Notes under the pieces: model-generated
Database searches by the model: none
What the model saw: only the letters and a program-made list of their open reading frames with translations
Told to the model about the DNA's origin: nothing
Assembly (NCBI GenBank): GCA_951406725.2
Contig: OX597819.1
Location: forward strand, 37,014,001-37,078,000
Direction: 5' to 3'
From: Octopus vulgaris
Lineage: Eukaryota
DNA: 64,000 bases
Made by a program: the position numbers and the translations under genes
Shown: piece by piece, positions 13,736 to 28,732 of the stretch
How the letters are laid out: each line of letters opens with the position of its first letter
How positions within the stretch are numbered: the stretch's first letter is position 1

Positions 13736-14207
13736 TGAAAGAAGTATCTCATACTAAGTATTATAACACTATTCATAAATTTATTAATATATGTCTCATC
13801 CTACCATTTATTATAAATTACGTTTTGTCTGGGACTTCATATTTCATCTGACTGTATATTGAATCAGTTAATATTTCACATTACAATTAATCAAATTCCC
13901 GAGTTTTCCTTTTCTTTGTATACAGAAATCATTGTAAAGATAATGATTTATTTTCCTCACTACTGATGTATTTCAATTGACTAAAATGTCTTTTCTCTGC
14001 ACATGAGGTATTTTAGCGGCCAATTTTCTTTTGGCATTTGCTGTAAAAATTAATTGCTTGAAAACTGTTAGTGACTTAGCTTATATCCATATCATCTCTT
14101 TTTGATCATTTGATCTTGTATGTGCGTATGTATGTATGTATGTATGTATGTATGTATGTACGTATGTACGTATGTATGTATGTATGTATGTATGTATGTA
14201 TGTATGT

Positions 14208-14693
14208 ATGGTCGGGTCGTCGGTGACTAAACCGGCAACCCCACCAAGCTTGCTTGGTGAGGAGGGTGTTTATTGGACACCCTGCGGGATGAGAAACAAA
14301 ACCCGTCAAATGGCGGAGGAAATCTTGAAAGTCAACGGCCATCCAATAAATGTATTAAGGCTGTATCATGCGCGGGGACATAGAAATAATCAGACTGAAT
14401 ACCCGATCGCGCGGTTAAACGATTGGGAGTGAATGACTCCTAGCCTTTGTTAGGGCATCCTTCTAGGAGAAGATAGCTCAGGTAACTGGGATAACTCCGA
14501 CATAAAACCTGCGGCTCAGTGGTTACCGATGATGTTGACTTGTTCTTCTTTTCGGATTATGGCTGCTGTTGCTTAGTGAGTGGTATTGACTCAGTGCTCA
14601 GCCTTTACTCACTTCTTGCACAGGCATTGCACGATAACAATATTGATTAAGCTTCGTGCAATGGCCATACTCGATAACGAGGGGGCAGCCACC
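14208..14693 (+). mobile_element. RTE-derived bipartite non-autonomous retroelement, 5'-truncated, in (TATG)n
   Basis: Closely similar to the reverse complement of 53072-53560. The 3' tail equals the RTE LINE tail at 53734-53777. No tRNA head. Confidence 0.88.
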
Positions 14694-17385
14694 ATGTATA
14701 TATGTATGTATGTACGTACGTACGTTTTTATGTATTATGTATACGTTTATGCGTATGTGCAAGTACTACTAACACCAGGTCAGTTCTTACCGAAAGGTAC
14801 GATTGGCTGGTTATGATCCACATATTTATTGTTCTAGATATTGCATATAACTCTAATTCCCTGAAAAAGCATACTGCACACAACTACATGCGGTGTCGGA
14901 TTGTATGGGAATAAGCATGACAACCTGAACATATATTTTTTCCACCGTCTATGGTTGTAAATTGTGATTTTGGATACAGCAGCGATGAACAAGGCAGATT
15001 GAATCGGAGCACGATATTTGTGTCCTGCTTTTAATAGCATTCATACCTCGCGTTAATATTTTAGAATTCAATGCGTATTAACACCGCATCTGTGTGTTTT
15101 TGTGTTTTATATTTGCCGGGTTGAGAATCAAAGAGAGCATATTTTTGTAAGTTCCGGAGGCGATTGTGTTATAGTATGTTGCATATGGGTCTCTACGTTT
15201 TGAAAATGATTTTGCATGTGAGGATTGTGGTGGTTGAAGTTTGGTATGGCAAACGAGTGAACTATTTTTCTTACTATAACTGTTACTATTTTTTGTTTCG
15301 GTCGTCTTTATCTCCGATTTAACCTTGGGTGTTCTCTAAGAGACGACAATACTGCAATTTTAACCCCAGGAAGGCATCTTCTTAGCTAGTTTATTCAGTG
15401 CACTTTCCGCACTCGATTTTTATTGCAAGCGGGATATTTATTGCATGCCACTTTTGTTTCGTTGTTTACACTGTGTGTAAGTATAATTTGATGAGGTCTA
15501 CGAATGTATAAAACATTGTTTAGTGTATTCTTATAGTTTGTTGTGGTTTATTTTGTGTGGTACTGTACTCAATGAGGGATCTAATGTATTGCTTTTATGC
15601 TGTAATCGATGTTTCTGTCAGTCAAAAGGCGTAATTGTGAATAATCTGAGTGACTGAGCGTAGATTTTCCTTCTATACAATGACTTTTGTGTATGTTGCG
15701 GATGTTGTGGGAGCATTGTATATAACTCTTGATATTATTTACTATGACTATGGTATGTTTATGCTATTGAGGGTGGCAGCTTGTTGTAGTTGTTCCCTAT
15801 TATTCCTGGTAAGAAAGGAAACTTGGTCCGTCATGGAGCAAAGTTTCTAAGAGATTAATGTAGGTTTGGAGTTTTTCAAATGTATTTTCAGAAGAGTGAG
15901 AGGATGCCTGTGTGATGTCATGTGCTTATGAAGCTGGGCATATGCTTTCAGGAGCTGTGGATTATCATGTAGATATAAGTTGAATGACAGAATAAGTAGA
16001 TCCTTGTGATATTCTGTTCGAAAAATGAGAGATTCTAGAATTATAATTACTGCACATTACATAGTCCAGTCAGAATTATGGATTAGGATGAGACCTGCCA
16101 CTGGTACCATGTAAATTTGTACTACTTGTTCCATGATCGAGTGGTCGGCGATTAAACTGGCTCTCCCACTCGAGTACCTTGCTACTCCTGTGAGGAGGTT
16201 GCCTGGACTCCCAGTAAGACTAAAAACAAGACCTATTGAAGAGTGAATGAGCTCCTTGTGGGCCAATGGCCATTCAGCTGGGGAACGATCTCTGCCAAGA
16301 AAACACTACGAGAAAGTCAGAACTCAGTAAGGCTATGGTTTCATCCAGTGAGAATGTTCGCGCTTAATTGGGAAGTCTTTTGTTGGAATGTCATCAACAC
16401 TCTGCAAAAGCGTACGATATATGACATAACGAAAAACATTGCATAGGCTGGCGATCTTGCAAGTAGTTTGCTACTCAGGCCTTTGTGTAGTTTCTTAAGT
16501 AAATGTTAAGCATAACAGCATAATTGAGTGGGTAGCGGGGAATGGAGTGAAAAGTTTTCTTATTGTTGAGGGCAATTAGAATGGTACGTATGTGAGGATT
16601 TTCTGAAACTGTCATCTATTCTTGTATTCGACTCCTTTGTAGTTTGATTCAATGACAAGATTTAGAATGAAGGATTTGTGGGTTTGTAGTATCACGACTA
16701 AAGCGTCCTAAAATTGTTGAATATGTATATTTTAGTGCACTGGTATTGCGGTGCATGTTTAATTGGTTGGGTTTCGTAGGGTTTAAGAATTGCTATACGT
16801 TTTAATTTCAAAATTCTGGAAATTCGACGAAGTTTCATAGAATAGTTGTTGGAGAGCATATTGATTCCTTCGGGTCCTCAACGTTATAGGTGTATTTGTG
16901 ATTTTCGTAAACTCAGACGTTTTTGAATTTTTACATACCCTTATCACATTTCCGGGCACCTGATGGGCAGAAGGGGTTTACGTCATGGCAAAAGGTGCAT
17001 AGTGTTGTGTTCATGTCTTTATAGTGTTGTTTTTGACATGATATTTAAGAAATTCCTGATGAGTTCATTTCCTTCCTGTGCAAGTATTATGCCATTTAAA
17101 GTCAATGCGCCATGAGGTGTGATATAATTGCTGTTATTGTTGATAATGATTTTGCTAATAAATGTGGATAATGGCTCATAGTTCGTTGTGTAATTTATGT
17201 GGAATAACAAGCTTTCCTTTTTCCTAGTTTTTAATGTTTTATATTCTATATCTTATTGTTTTAAATTTTTGATTTTTGTTTTATTAAGTCATATGTCCTT
17301 TCATTGTTTTGTTTTATCAAGTTGTCTGTCTTGTAACTGCTTCTTTCTGAAGATGTAAATTTGCGGACAATATTCAGGTCAACAA

Positions 17386-17590
17386 GGGCGGCGAGCTGGC
17401 AGAATCGTTAGCACACCGGGCGAAGTGCTTAGCAGCATTCCGTCCGAGTTCAAATTCTGACGAGGTGGACTTTGCCTTTCATACTTTCATATTCGATGAA
17501 ATAAGTACCAGTTGAGAACTAGGGGTCGATATAATCGACTTATCTACTCACCTGAGCTTCCTGGCCTTGTGCCAAATTTTGAAACCAATA
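17386..17590 (+). mobile_element. SINE family A (GGCCTTGTGCCAAATTTTGAAACC tail)
   Basis: Head GGCGGCGAGCTGGCAGAATCGTTAGC plus core. Confidence 0.85.
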
Positions 17591-18335
17591 GCCAGGACGA
17601 CCTCTATATTTTCCTGATCACAGAGAAAAAATATTTAAGCTCAATAGCTACAGATCAGAATGAGACGGGAAATGTGTATTTATTAAATGTGGGTACATTA
17701 AACTTACATCGTTATTTATCATACAGCACTGTGTAGGTTCCAATTAATTAATCATATATACATACATATATACATCAATTAGGCGTTTATCCATATATAT
17801 ATATATATATATTCACTCTTTCTATCTCTCTCTCTCTCTCACACATCACACACACACACACACACACACACATACGATGACATAAGTTTGACGGTCTCTC
17901 GTGGAAAATCGCTGAAGTTGATGGAAATAATGACGCAGTATTTACGAACTTGAACTGAATGATAACATTTAAGTTGACTTCACATTGAATTATTTCAGCC
18001 TGTTTTGACAAAGAAGTGTGGATGTAAGAAGAAATAATAAAAAAGAAATTGATGTTAAATGTTAATTCTTATATTGTTGCATGGTATTTTCTTCTCCGAA
18101 ACATGAATATTTGCAACAGAAAGCATTGGTAAATGACAATAAACATCTCAAGTATCAATCTAAGAAAAAGTTTCATATGTTTCGTTTTAAAATGTAAACC
18201 TTCCTGGTAGTTTAATAAAACTAATCAATGGTTGTGTATCTATTTTATGTTTCAATATTTATATCTGTGGTAATTTAGTTTGTTTTCGAAATCACGTGAA
18301 ACGCGCACACACTCACACACACACGCATAGTTACG

Positions 18336-18421
<86 letters not shown>

Positions 18422-18689
18422 TGTTTGTGTGTGTGTATGAAGGCACGTACCTTAGACGTTAGGCTCTTGTACTCACGATCGCAAGAACGCGGTTTCCATT
18501 CCCATAATGGCGGTGAGTTGTGTTCTTCCGTAAAACACTTAATTTCACGTTGCTCACTCGTCTCAGCTGTGAATAGGTCACAACACGACGGACTACCATT
18601 CTAGCGAGTGGATTGGTATGATTTGAAAGCTACAACAGTATCAAGAAGCGCATTGTGACTGCTTATAATACGTATGTAAATATGACCGC

Positions 18690-19047
<358 letters not shown>

Positions 19048-19139
19048 TCTTCTAGCTGCTCTTTGATAATTGGTCATCAATTCTTAGTTATCCCTTATTT
19101 GTTAGTTAGTTAGTTAGTTAGTTAGTTAATTAGTTAATT

Positions 19140-19915
19140 TTTTGGCTCAAAAAGCAAAAAGCAAGGCCATGTAGGGGGACATGGAGTTATGTACAGGTTG
19201 GTGTTCATGTAAAGAGTTCAGGCCACTTGTGGTCAAGAGAGAATTTGAACCGAGCGGTCGTCGGCATCTTCACTATCTCGTCCGGCAGCTTATTCCACGG
19301 ATCCGCAACCCGGACGGAGAAAGCCCTCTCCTTCGATTGAGATGAAATCGTCGGAGATAGAGCTTTTCGGAATGACCCCGCAGCCGACGCTCTGGAGCAG
19401 GAGTGAAGAACAGCTCTTTCGAGAGGTTACATTTTCCGCTTATGATGTTGTGAGCAAGAATGAGATCACCACGGCGTCGTCGTTTTTCTAGAGAATAAAG
19501 GTCAAGCGTCTTCAGCCTTTCTTCATAAAACAAATTCTTGAGACCAAGAACCATACGGGTAGCCAGCTTCTGGACTCTTTCGAGATGCTGTATGTCTTTG
19601 AGGAGATAAGGAGAAGAGGCTTGAATCCCGTACTCCAATATGGGTCTCACCAGCGTGACGTAGAGCGGTAGGAACATGGCTGCTGTGAGCATTCCGAATG
19701 ACCGTCGAATCAAGAACAGAACTCCGCGTGCTTTGTTGGCAGCATGGACTCACTGGGCCGAAGGCGAAAAGGAGGAATCCATCAAGATACCCAGGTCCTT
19801 TACCTGATCGGTCCTCTCCAGCAGCAGACGACCCGGTTCGAAATCAAGTTGAGTTGCAGGAGGAGAGCCAACAGGCAGATGACAGCACTTTGACACGTTC
19901 AGACACAGGTCCCAT
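19140..19915 (-). pseudogene. 3' fragment of CR1-clade LINE (RT C-terminal region plus 3' UTR)
   Basis: KDLGIL, LYVTLVRPILEYG, LERVQKLATRMV, YEERLKTLDLYSLEKRRRRGDLI; 3' end runs into (CTAA)n. Confidence 0.93.
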
Positions 19916-20804
19916 TCGTTTCAGTGGATTGCTGTTGATTCCTTTCTTTTTCCTGTATTTTGTACAATCACTCTGCTGACATTACCAAGAGGAATCCAAG
20001 CTTTTCTGCATTATCAAGCTAGCTAAGTTTACCATCAGATTGATCCACAATAGCCCTCTTTGAAAATCAGATAACACTTTTACTTCTAGTGTTTATGGCA
20101 TGACTAGTTCACATATATAAGATACTTCGCTTAGGCTTCGCAATACTAATAATCTGGAGTAAAACTCAATATACTATGCTTCAGAACGAAGTGTTAGTCA
20201 CACACCAGTAATAAGAAAATTAGATGACAAAGTAATAAGCAATTATCTGATGAGCTTCATTAGTTTCTAGTGGACTCATAGTTAAATGCCTGAGTAACAC
20301 TTAATAGCTTCATCGGAGCCTCAAATATGAAGTGCAATTTATTTGCGGAAAATAATTACATTTACGCATATACAGAGAAAACATTACCAATGAGACAGCA
20401 TATATGGGGTGAGGAAATCCAGAAGCCCCTCCCATAATTAGAATAAGATTAATGTTAAAGTGTGCATAAGGACAGGTATAATTAGATGGCGAGAAAACAG
20501 TAATTAGGTCTATCAGTAAAACTATATGTATACATATACATACACATACGAACATACAGTAACACAGATGTATCAACATACAATATATGTCAGAAGGTCT
20601 GCAAATCTAATGGAGGCCTCAAAAGACATTTTAAGATCCACAAAGATCAGAACTTGACTGCAGCTCTTGGTGGTCGAAATCGGATATGCAATCTATTGGG
20701 TCTCTCTTCAAAACATCGTCCTGTTTAAAAAGTCTCATCAACCGCCATGATGGTTCTAAGGTGTAGGTACGGGAGGTGATGAAACTCAGCATGAGTGGAA
20801 ACCA

Positions 20805-21071
<267 letters not shown>

Positions 21072-21371
21072 TGAGGGAAAATTTAGAAGGAACAAATCCA
21101 GGCAATCAATAAAAATTCACAGCATATTTTAAGCACACAACCAAATAAATATATATATAAATTTATAAATCATTAAACAAAGTTACATGTAAAAATCATA
21201 TGTGAAAACTATGCACCGTTGGGTTCAAGTACCGAATTGAGGAGTGACAAATAAAGAGATAAAAATTCGAGGTAAGGGCTTCCGAAGGGAACTGTAATTG
21301 TAGGGTCCCTAACTCCTGTCCACTTGCAGGCTCATGTCGCCGCCATAACGTTGTCTATAAACGCGTGATTT

Positions 21372-21552
21372 TGATAGATCGGTAGCCACTACACACACTT
21401 TCTCTCCTTGTTTCTCTCCTTGTTTTTTTTCTGTGTCCTTTTCTGTAGGATCGAAACGTAAAAGACTTTTTCTATTCCTGAGCGTTATACTAATACATCT
21501 GTTTGTTTTGTACACCACCTGTCTTCGTCTTATGTTTTTTTCGTGAACTCTC

Positions 21553-21555
<3 letters not shown>
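21372..21555 (+). mobile_element. Penelope-like terminal repeat fragment
   Basis: Near-identical to 61447-61642; the hammerhead region is partly deleted (CTGTAGGATCGAAACGTA); ends at (TA)n. Confidence 0.6.
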
Positions 21556-21604
<49 letters not shown>

Positions 21605-21672
21605 TTATATTTATATATTATATATATATATATATTATATATATATATATTATATATATATTTATATATATA

Positions 21673-21761
<89 letters not shown>

Positions 21762-21900
21762 CATATATCTATATTTATATATACATATATATATATATAT
21801 ACATATATATATATTTATATATACATATATATATATACATATATATATAGATATACATATATATAGATATACATATATATGTATGTATGTATGTGTGCAT
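21556..21900. repeat. Degenerate (TA)n microsatellite
   Basis: Direct reading. Confidence 0.96.
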
Positions 21901-23284
21901 GTATGTGCTTATGCACATGTGTATGTACAAATTAATTCTGACAAATTTAAATGTTGAAATGAATATAACGGTTTTGGTGCGTTTTAAATGGATTATAAAC
22001 ACCTTCCACGCTGCAATTGTTTTTGTTTCAGCACAAGATCTCAGGTCAGGTTACTTGCTATGCAAGTACATTTCCGTAATATATATATATATATATATAT
22101 TACTGAATGGTTCAAAAGTTATTTACCATTTTTGTGATACAACCAGAGGAACAAGCGCAACACCTAGAATCCTTTTGAAGGATTCGGTGGAAAGGAGGAA
22201 CGAAGGAACGAACGAACGAATGAGTTTCGCAAAATCCCACAAGGTGTACGATGGTTGCATTAAATTCAGAGATGGATTAGTTTTATATTACACTCCAAAA
22301 TATGGGACAGTTCTTCTCGCCAGACTTCCGTACAGCTACTGTCTATCGATCACTCGGGGCTATAGTAGCAGACATTTACAGAAGATGTCGCGCATTAGGA
22401 TTGAAATCGATAACTCGTAGTTACTAGATAAACTTCTTAACCTCACAGTTATTCTATTCCACGTTTCCCAGTTTGTTCATTTGATATAAGGAGAAATGAT
22501 CCCCAGGTTATAAAGACTTGCTTTTAAATATGTAAGAAAAGCAAACTTGAAAAAAAAAACAATTTAAGCAAATTTGTTATAAAATATTATCTCGTTTTAT
22601 GTAGTCTAATTGTCCAAGGAATCTTCAGTTATTTCTGTTTGTTAGTATTTACATTTATTCCGCCACCAGAACCAAACTTTAATCCGGATTACACTACTTA
22701 TATTCTCTTTACATGAAATCTCTAAGAATGTATGGACTGAATAAACTCTTAAGAGAATTGTAATTAATACCGAATCCCAGTTTAAAAGATTGGATTACTT
22801 ACGCGATAATGTGTCATTGGTTTTACTGCATTTATGTCCCACTGAATACACAAAGAATTGCAAAGTGAAACTTCGGCCATAAACATAGCTTAGAATTATT
22901 TTACTTTCCGAAATACAACACCGTAGAGATTATAGTATAGTGAAAATGTGAAGCTCAAATATAAATAAATGTATACATGAATGATAACGTCTGTGACTTG
23001 TGGGAAAGGATTCGAGTTGTAGGAAGCTTATCTTGAGATGAGAAGACGTCACGATTTGGTGAGTTTCTTACTAATCTCAGTAGATTAGGCGATAAGCAGA
23101 TATTTGCATAATTTTTTTTGTAAATAAACCAAGTTGCTTGAAATGTCACAGAACTGTCTCAGACATAAAGGTCAAACAGAGATTAAGCTTGTACTAGCAT
23201 CTAAAATACCAGTCTCTAATCGTCCATCCGTACATACTGCGATGTTATTGCAAATATACAGTCACACACTCACGCACACACACA

Positions 23285-23329
<45 letters not shown>

Positions 23330-24397
23330 TTTCTACACACACACACACATATATATATCTATATATGCACATTCCGAGGTAGAGAGCGGAGAAATGCAAC
23401 GACAATATTATAAGTCCTATATGTCTACCAAAAACACAGCGTCATAGTTCTTATTTCAGCTTAATTATAATTTTCAGCACATTTGAATGGAAGCGATTTC
23501 TCTGGTTTCAGTAATAATGGGATACAAGTTAGTCACTGACATTATATGACTTCAAATAATAAGGTACCGATAAGGTATCGGTAATGGATTTTAGGGAATA
23601 ATCCAAATGTCAGGTTTAAAATAAAATAAAATCACTTTCTGACAAACGTCACCCAGAACTAGAACCCGGAGAGATAGCTTGATTGATTTTTTTTTTATTC
23701 TAAGAATTATAGAAATATAATCGAAGCCAACCAAAAGATACCGAAATAGCCGTTAGCAATTACTGATGCAAGGTGCAGAACTGTAGCTGATTGGAGCAAA
23801 AGTCAAACGAACGACATCTTTTTATGGTAATCGGTTTCTTTTTGGTTCTAAGTTTAAATTGATACCAAAATAGAATTTTTATGTCTGGAGTTGAATAAAT
23901 ATCAATGCAGAAATCTGCCGGGACATTTGAAGACACTGTCCCGTTCTGAATTAATATCACACTTGGTCTTTGGGCGTCTTTGGAGAAGTACATCTTGTTT
24001 CAAGCATTCGAGCCAGTCACTCCTTTATTAATTAATGAATAATGGTTAAAGATAGAAAAGAAGAGAAGTAGCAGAATTGGTAAAGCAACGAACAAAACAC
24101 GTAAATGCGATATTTAATCATTCTCTTCAAATTTCATGGAGACCAGTTCTGTTTTTCAAATTCATTAGCTATCCCAAATTTGGGTAATATAGATATATAT
24201 ATATATATAGTAAGATACTTTAGAATTCCAGCTGTGGGAAAGTGGAGCGCACTGCAAAGTGTCCTGGGCGATATGCTTGTTGTTATGTGAGAGTTCAGAC
24301 GATCATATTTTAAAGACCTTCCTTCAGATATTCATTCTTTGTTCTCACATTCTGTCCAAGAATATTTACGTTGCTATGCATTCATACGTACGTACAC

Positions 24398-24576
24398 ATG
24401 TATGTATGTATGTATGTATGTATGTATGTATGTATGTATGTATGTATGTATGTATGTATGTATGTATACATGTATGTATGTATGTATGTATGTATGTATA
24501 CATGTATGTATGTATGTATGTATACATGTATGTATGTATGTATGTATGTATGTATGTATGTATGTATGTATGTATG
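24398..24576. repeat. (TATG)n microsatellite
   Basis: Direct reading. Confidence 0.97.
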
Positions 24577-25049
24577 TTAAAGAATATATGTACGTATGCA
24601 TGTATTTATTCTTATACAATATTTATAGGGTACCTAAAATTCTTCATTAAAATAATTCTGGTATTGAAGAAAACGATACCAGAAATAAATCGAGACCGAC
24701 TGTTTCAATTTTATGCTATTTACTAATAACCCTCTTTCATTTCTTTACACATACGCGATTATAGACAGCCAAAAGAGACGAAGAGTCGAGAAGTTTGACT
24801 TTATTGCTTTTTTTATGGAAGTCAAAATGTTTTCTTTATCAAGTTTGTTCAATACCTACAAGAAATTAAATATATATTTTATATATCGTATATCCTTAAA
24901 ATCCTTTAAAATGTTTTAGCCCGAAGGCCGCGGCCATGCTGGGGCACCACCGCTGAATGAGCTTCACTAATATGTGAATCCACCTCTGATACGTGGCACT
25001 TGATCAACAAGTATATATGTATATATGTATGTATGTGTGTGTGTATGTA

Positions 25050-25258
25050 TGTGTGTGTGTATGTTTGTGTGTCTGTGTTTGTCCCCCAACATCGTTTGGC
25101 AACCGATGCTGGTGTGTTTACGTCCCCATAACCTAGCGGTTCGGCAAAACAACCCGATAGAATAAGTACTAGGCTTGCAAAGAATAAGTCCTGTTGTCGG
25201 TTTACTCGACTAAAGGCGGTGCTCCAGCATGGCGACAGTCAAATGACTAAAAGAATAG
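25050..25258 (+). mobile_element. 3' half of SINE family B
   Basis: CAACCGATGCTGGTGTGTTTACGTCCCC...GGCGGTGCTCCAGCATGG. Confidence 0.85.
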
Positions 25259-26521
25259 AATATAATTTAGGTGAAATAAAATTTAATGCTATATATAGAT
25301 TTCTATTGGTCAATAGAGGAATTTCATTGCCGAGAACTTACTGTAGTCTTTAGACTTACAGCAGCTGGGATAATTAAGCACACTGAATTTCTACTAATTC
25401 TCTGAATTATTGTATTAATTTCATCAGCTTATCCACGCGGCGAACTGGAAGAGTCGTTTGAGACATATTTGTTCCCATTCTCTATACTCTGAGTTAAAAT
25501 CCCGCTAATGTCAACTTTGACCTTTTGTTTTTCGGTGGGGGTAGTCAAGAATAAAAAGCACCTGTCTAGGACAATGATGTATGGATGTGCATAACCGATT
25601 CCTTGTGGTATCAGCACAGGCTCTTTGCATTTTGTGCTCAAGTCCTACCACCACCAACTTAAGTGATGGCTTAATCCGTCGTCCGGTTGACGACCACCAC
25701 CTGACATTTTAGGCGCCCTAAGCGGATTCCACTTTGATGCAAGCAACCGGTCCTGGTCTTCGGTTTAAGGATAGCTTCATCGCTCGCTCGTTCAAGTCTC
25801 CGAGGCCTTGGAGTAAGGTTAGGAGTACCGGCTTTTCTCCTTGACTAAAACATTACAAAAAGCATGTGACATCATTATCGCTATGGAACCTATCACAGAT
25901 ATATCCCAAGAAAAAAGTGAAAATTATCTTGAATTAAAAGAGAACTGACTAAATTTAGATCAAGTGACATGTTTTTTTTCCCTATGGAATAGACTAATGT
26001 AACTGACACCGCGAGAGCTAGCTGAAATATCTGTAGACAACGCGACGAGTCGTATGAGGCTCAACAGCCAAGTGATGAGAAACCAGTGTTAATGATTATA
26101 ATACGAGCTGCTTCTGGTTGCAGATTATTATTTATTTTACTTATTACTGGCGATCATCTTTTTTTCTTTTCTGAAAGAAATATGTCTCTTCTAAGGTAGG
26201 ATAAAATGCTGTCACAGCAGAAATTTACCTCCAACAGAAAATAAATAGGCAAGTTGTTGATTTTACTACGCTGCCCGTTTCCAATGTCTGCTATGATTTA
26301 TCATTAGGTAAATAAATCTCCTAGTCAATTCCATTCCTATGTTCTCTCGAAACGATGACATCGAATCTAACTGTTGCTTAGTGCCGTACATTTAACTTAC
26401 TCATGCATGTCCAAATTGGTAGTCGTCGTTTTTCTTAACAGCAATAACGCAGGTTTCTCTACAAGAATTGTATTACCAGGAGTATGTTTCTTCAGATAAC
26501 ATAATTTGGTTCGTTTCCTCT

Positions 26522-26595
<74 letters not shown>

Positions 26596-27900
26596 TCTCT
26601 TCCAATTAATCGGAATTTACTGGGATCTTTGAGGGTATAAACTGTAGATTTCGTAACATTGGCACGAATTACTAACTCAAGTAGGTGAAAATATCTTTAA
26701 ATGTTCTTGTACGTGTCAGCTATTACACAGAAATCTTGGAGAAAATAACTCAGACTGCTTAAACACATGTTGAACATAAAATTTAGGTTGCTTAAGCACG
26801 TATTGAAAATGAAACTATGAAATTAAGGCATATAATTTGTTTGTTATTCTTTGACATGTCTGCTGTCCTGTTTGATTTCTTCTTTTGGCACATGATAATA
26901 TCAAGGTTTCTGAGATAAGTCGGCAGCAGGGTGTGGCACCTACATTTTTGAAGGGTCTTCAAACGGTAGAAAAATGAAAGTAGGTCATCCTCAGACCGAA
27001 GGCCTGGACCAAATACATACTGTAAGGTGAACTCTGCTAACAATATCTAAGGTATCTAGTTTCTGACACCAAACTCTATTCACAAGACATTAGTCAACCT
27101 GCAGTAGAAAATGCGTATTCAAAATTCTGTATAGCTGAACCAAGAGTAAAACTGCGTTGTTAAGAGTCTAACTTCTTTACCACACAGCTATGTCTGTGCC
27201 TCCATTATCATTCACATGTACATTATTACGATTGCTATCAAAATAGTTTGTTTTTTTTAATTCGGAGTAAATTCAAATTACCAATTCATACAAGACGATC
27301 GTGTAAAATAAAACTAAAGATAACATCTTTCCTGCATTGTTTTTCTGTGACAATATGAGAAAAAGATAGATAGAAAAGACAGAAAGTAAGTAAGGAGGAG
27401 AGAGAGGGAAAGAGAGAGACAGATAATTGAGCTAAGAATGCAAGATGTGTATAACTTTTCTATTGAAGAAGGAGAAAAAAATTGTTCATTTGGAAGTGGC
27501 TTAAAAGTAAATAAAGAATTTAAATAGGAATAAATATTAAATGCCACGAAGATATTTTTAAAATATGCAGTTAAAGAAAAATAAAAACAGCGTAAATCGC
27601 CTTTTTCACAAGCAAAATTTGGATCAAAGAGTTAATACATTTCTAAGTGAAAACATTAAATATGGAAGGAAATTATGATTAAAGAAAATAGGAGCCATTT
27701 TAGCCACATTAAAATTTTAATCATAGCTACCACACCCTTTCCTTAAATTTTTCTTACCTTCCTCCACCCTTAACTCATATTTTTATGATATTTCAAAACC
27801 ATGGAGGATAAGTGAACACCAGCAACATATTTCTTTCCTTGTCTTCACGAATAAAGAAAAATTGCAAAATGTAATTTATATTTATAAGAGTAGGTATTTC

Positions 27901-28342
27901 GGATCTTTTCGGCTTGAACGGCAGTTTTTCTAGCGGTGTCATATGAAATTGTCACCCATAATTATGACCCTAGTATCGATCTATTGCATTTCAATCTGTT
28001 TTAGGGTTAGGGCTAGTTAGGGTTAATTAGGGTTAGGGTTAGCGGTGGGAGGAAAGGTATCTTTTTTTCTTCACAAATGTAAATAAACCCAATCTGTTTC
28101 TTAAACGAGGGACATATTCATACAGCACAGAATGTTTTCACCTCAATAGACGGTCATTGATTGGTTGAAATTGCCGAAATGCAAGAAATTAAAGACCAAA
28201 TATCTTACAAACTATAGAATTTTCTCAATAAGGCCAAGAGAAAAAGATGTTTTATAAATACATTCTACCAGTATACGAAGTTTAAAATGTTTTAGTTACC
28301 TAGAAATTATGTTAAAAACTGCCGTTCAAACCGAAAAGATCC
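27901..28342 (+). mobile_element. MITE with about 29-bp GGATC TIRs, 8-bp TSD and internal TTAGGG repeats
   Basis: TIR GGATCTTTTCGG(C/T)TTGAACGGCAGTTTTT; TSD GGTATTTC on both sides. Confidence 0.95.
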
Positions 28343-28519
28343 GGTATTTCTGTATTTGTATGGTTATGTTGTTAGTCCTCTCAGTCGGTATCGGTCAACT
28401 AATCAGATATCTATACCTTTGACTGTGGAAATAGTAAAACATAATAAACTCGGTCAACGCTAATAATGTTGGCAAAATTTCACACACTGAGTTGTGAACA
28501 GAATATCATGGTAGAAAAA

Positions 28520-28732
28520 AGCGGCGAACTTGCACAATCATTAGCACGCCGAGCAAAATGCTTAGCGACATGTGGTCCATCTTTACTTTCTGAGTTCAAA
28601 TTCTGCCGAGGTCGGCTTTGCCTTTCATCCTTTCGAGGTCAACAAAATAAGTATTAGTTGAATACTGGGGGTAATATAAACGACTATCTCCCTCCCGCGA
28701 CATTACTGGCCTTGTGTTAAAATTTGAAACCA
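28520..28732 (+). mobile_element. SINE family A, diverged
   Basis: Head, B box, core and AAATTTGAAACC tail. Confidence 0.8.

Noticed and set aside
15050-17250. Possible ancient Penelope/LINE RT region (minus-strand VDDI-like motif near 16390)
   Set aside because: Too degraded to support by eye; needs a translated HMM search.
23760-24340. Possible small coding exons
   Set aside because: No recognisable domain and no convincing donor/acceptor pair.
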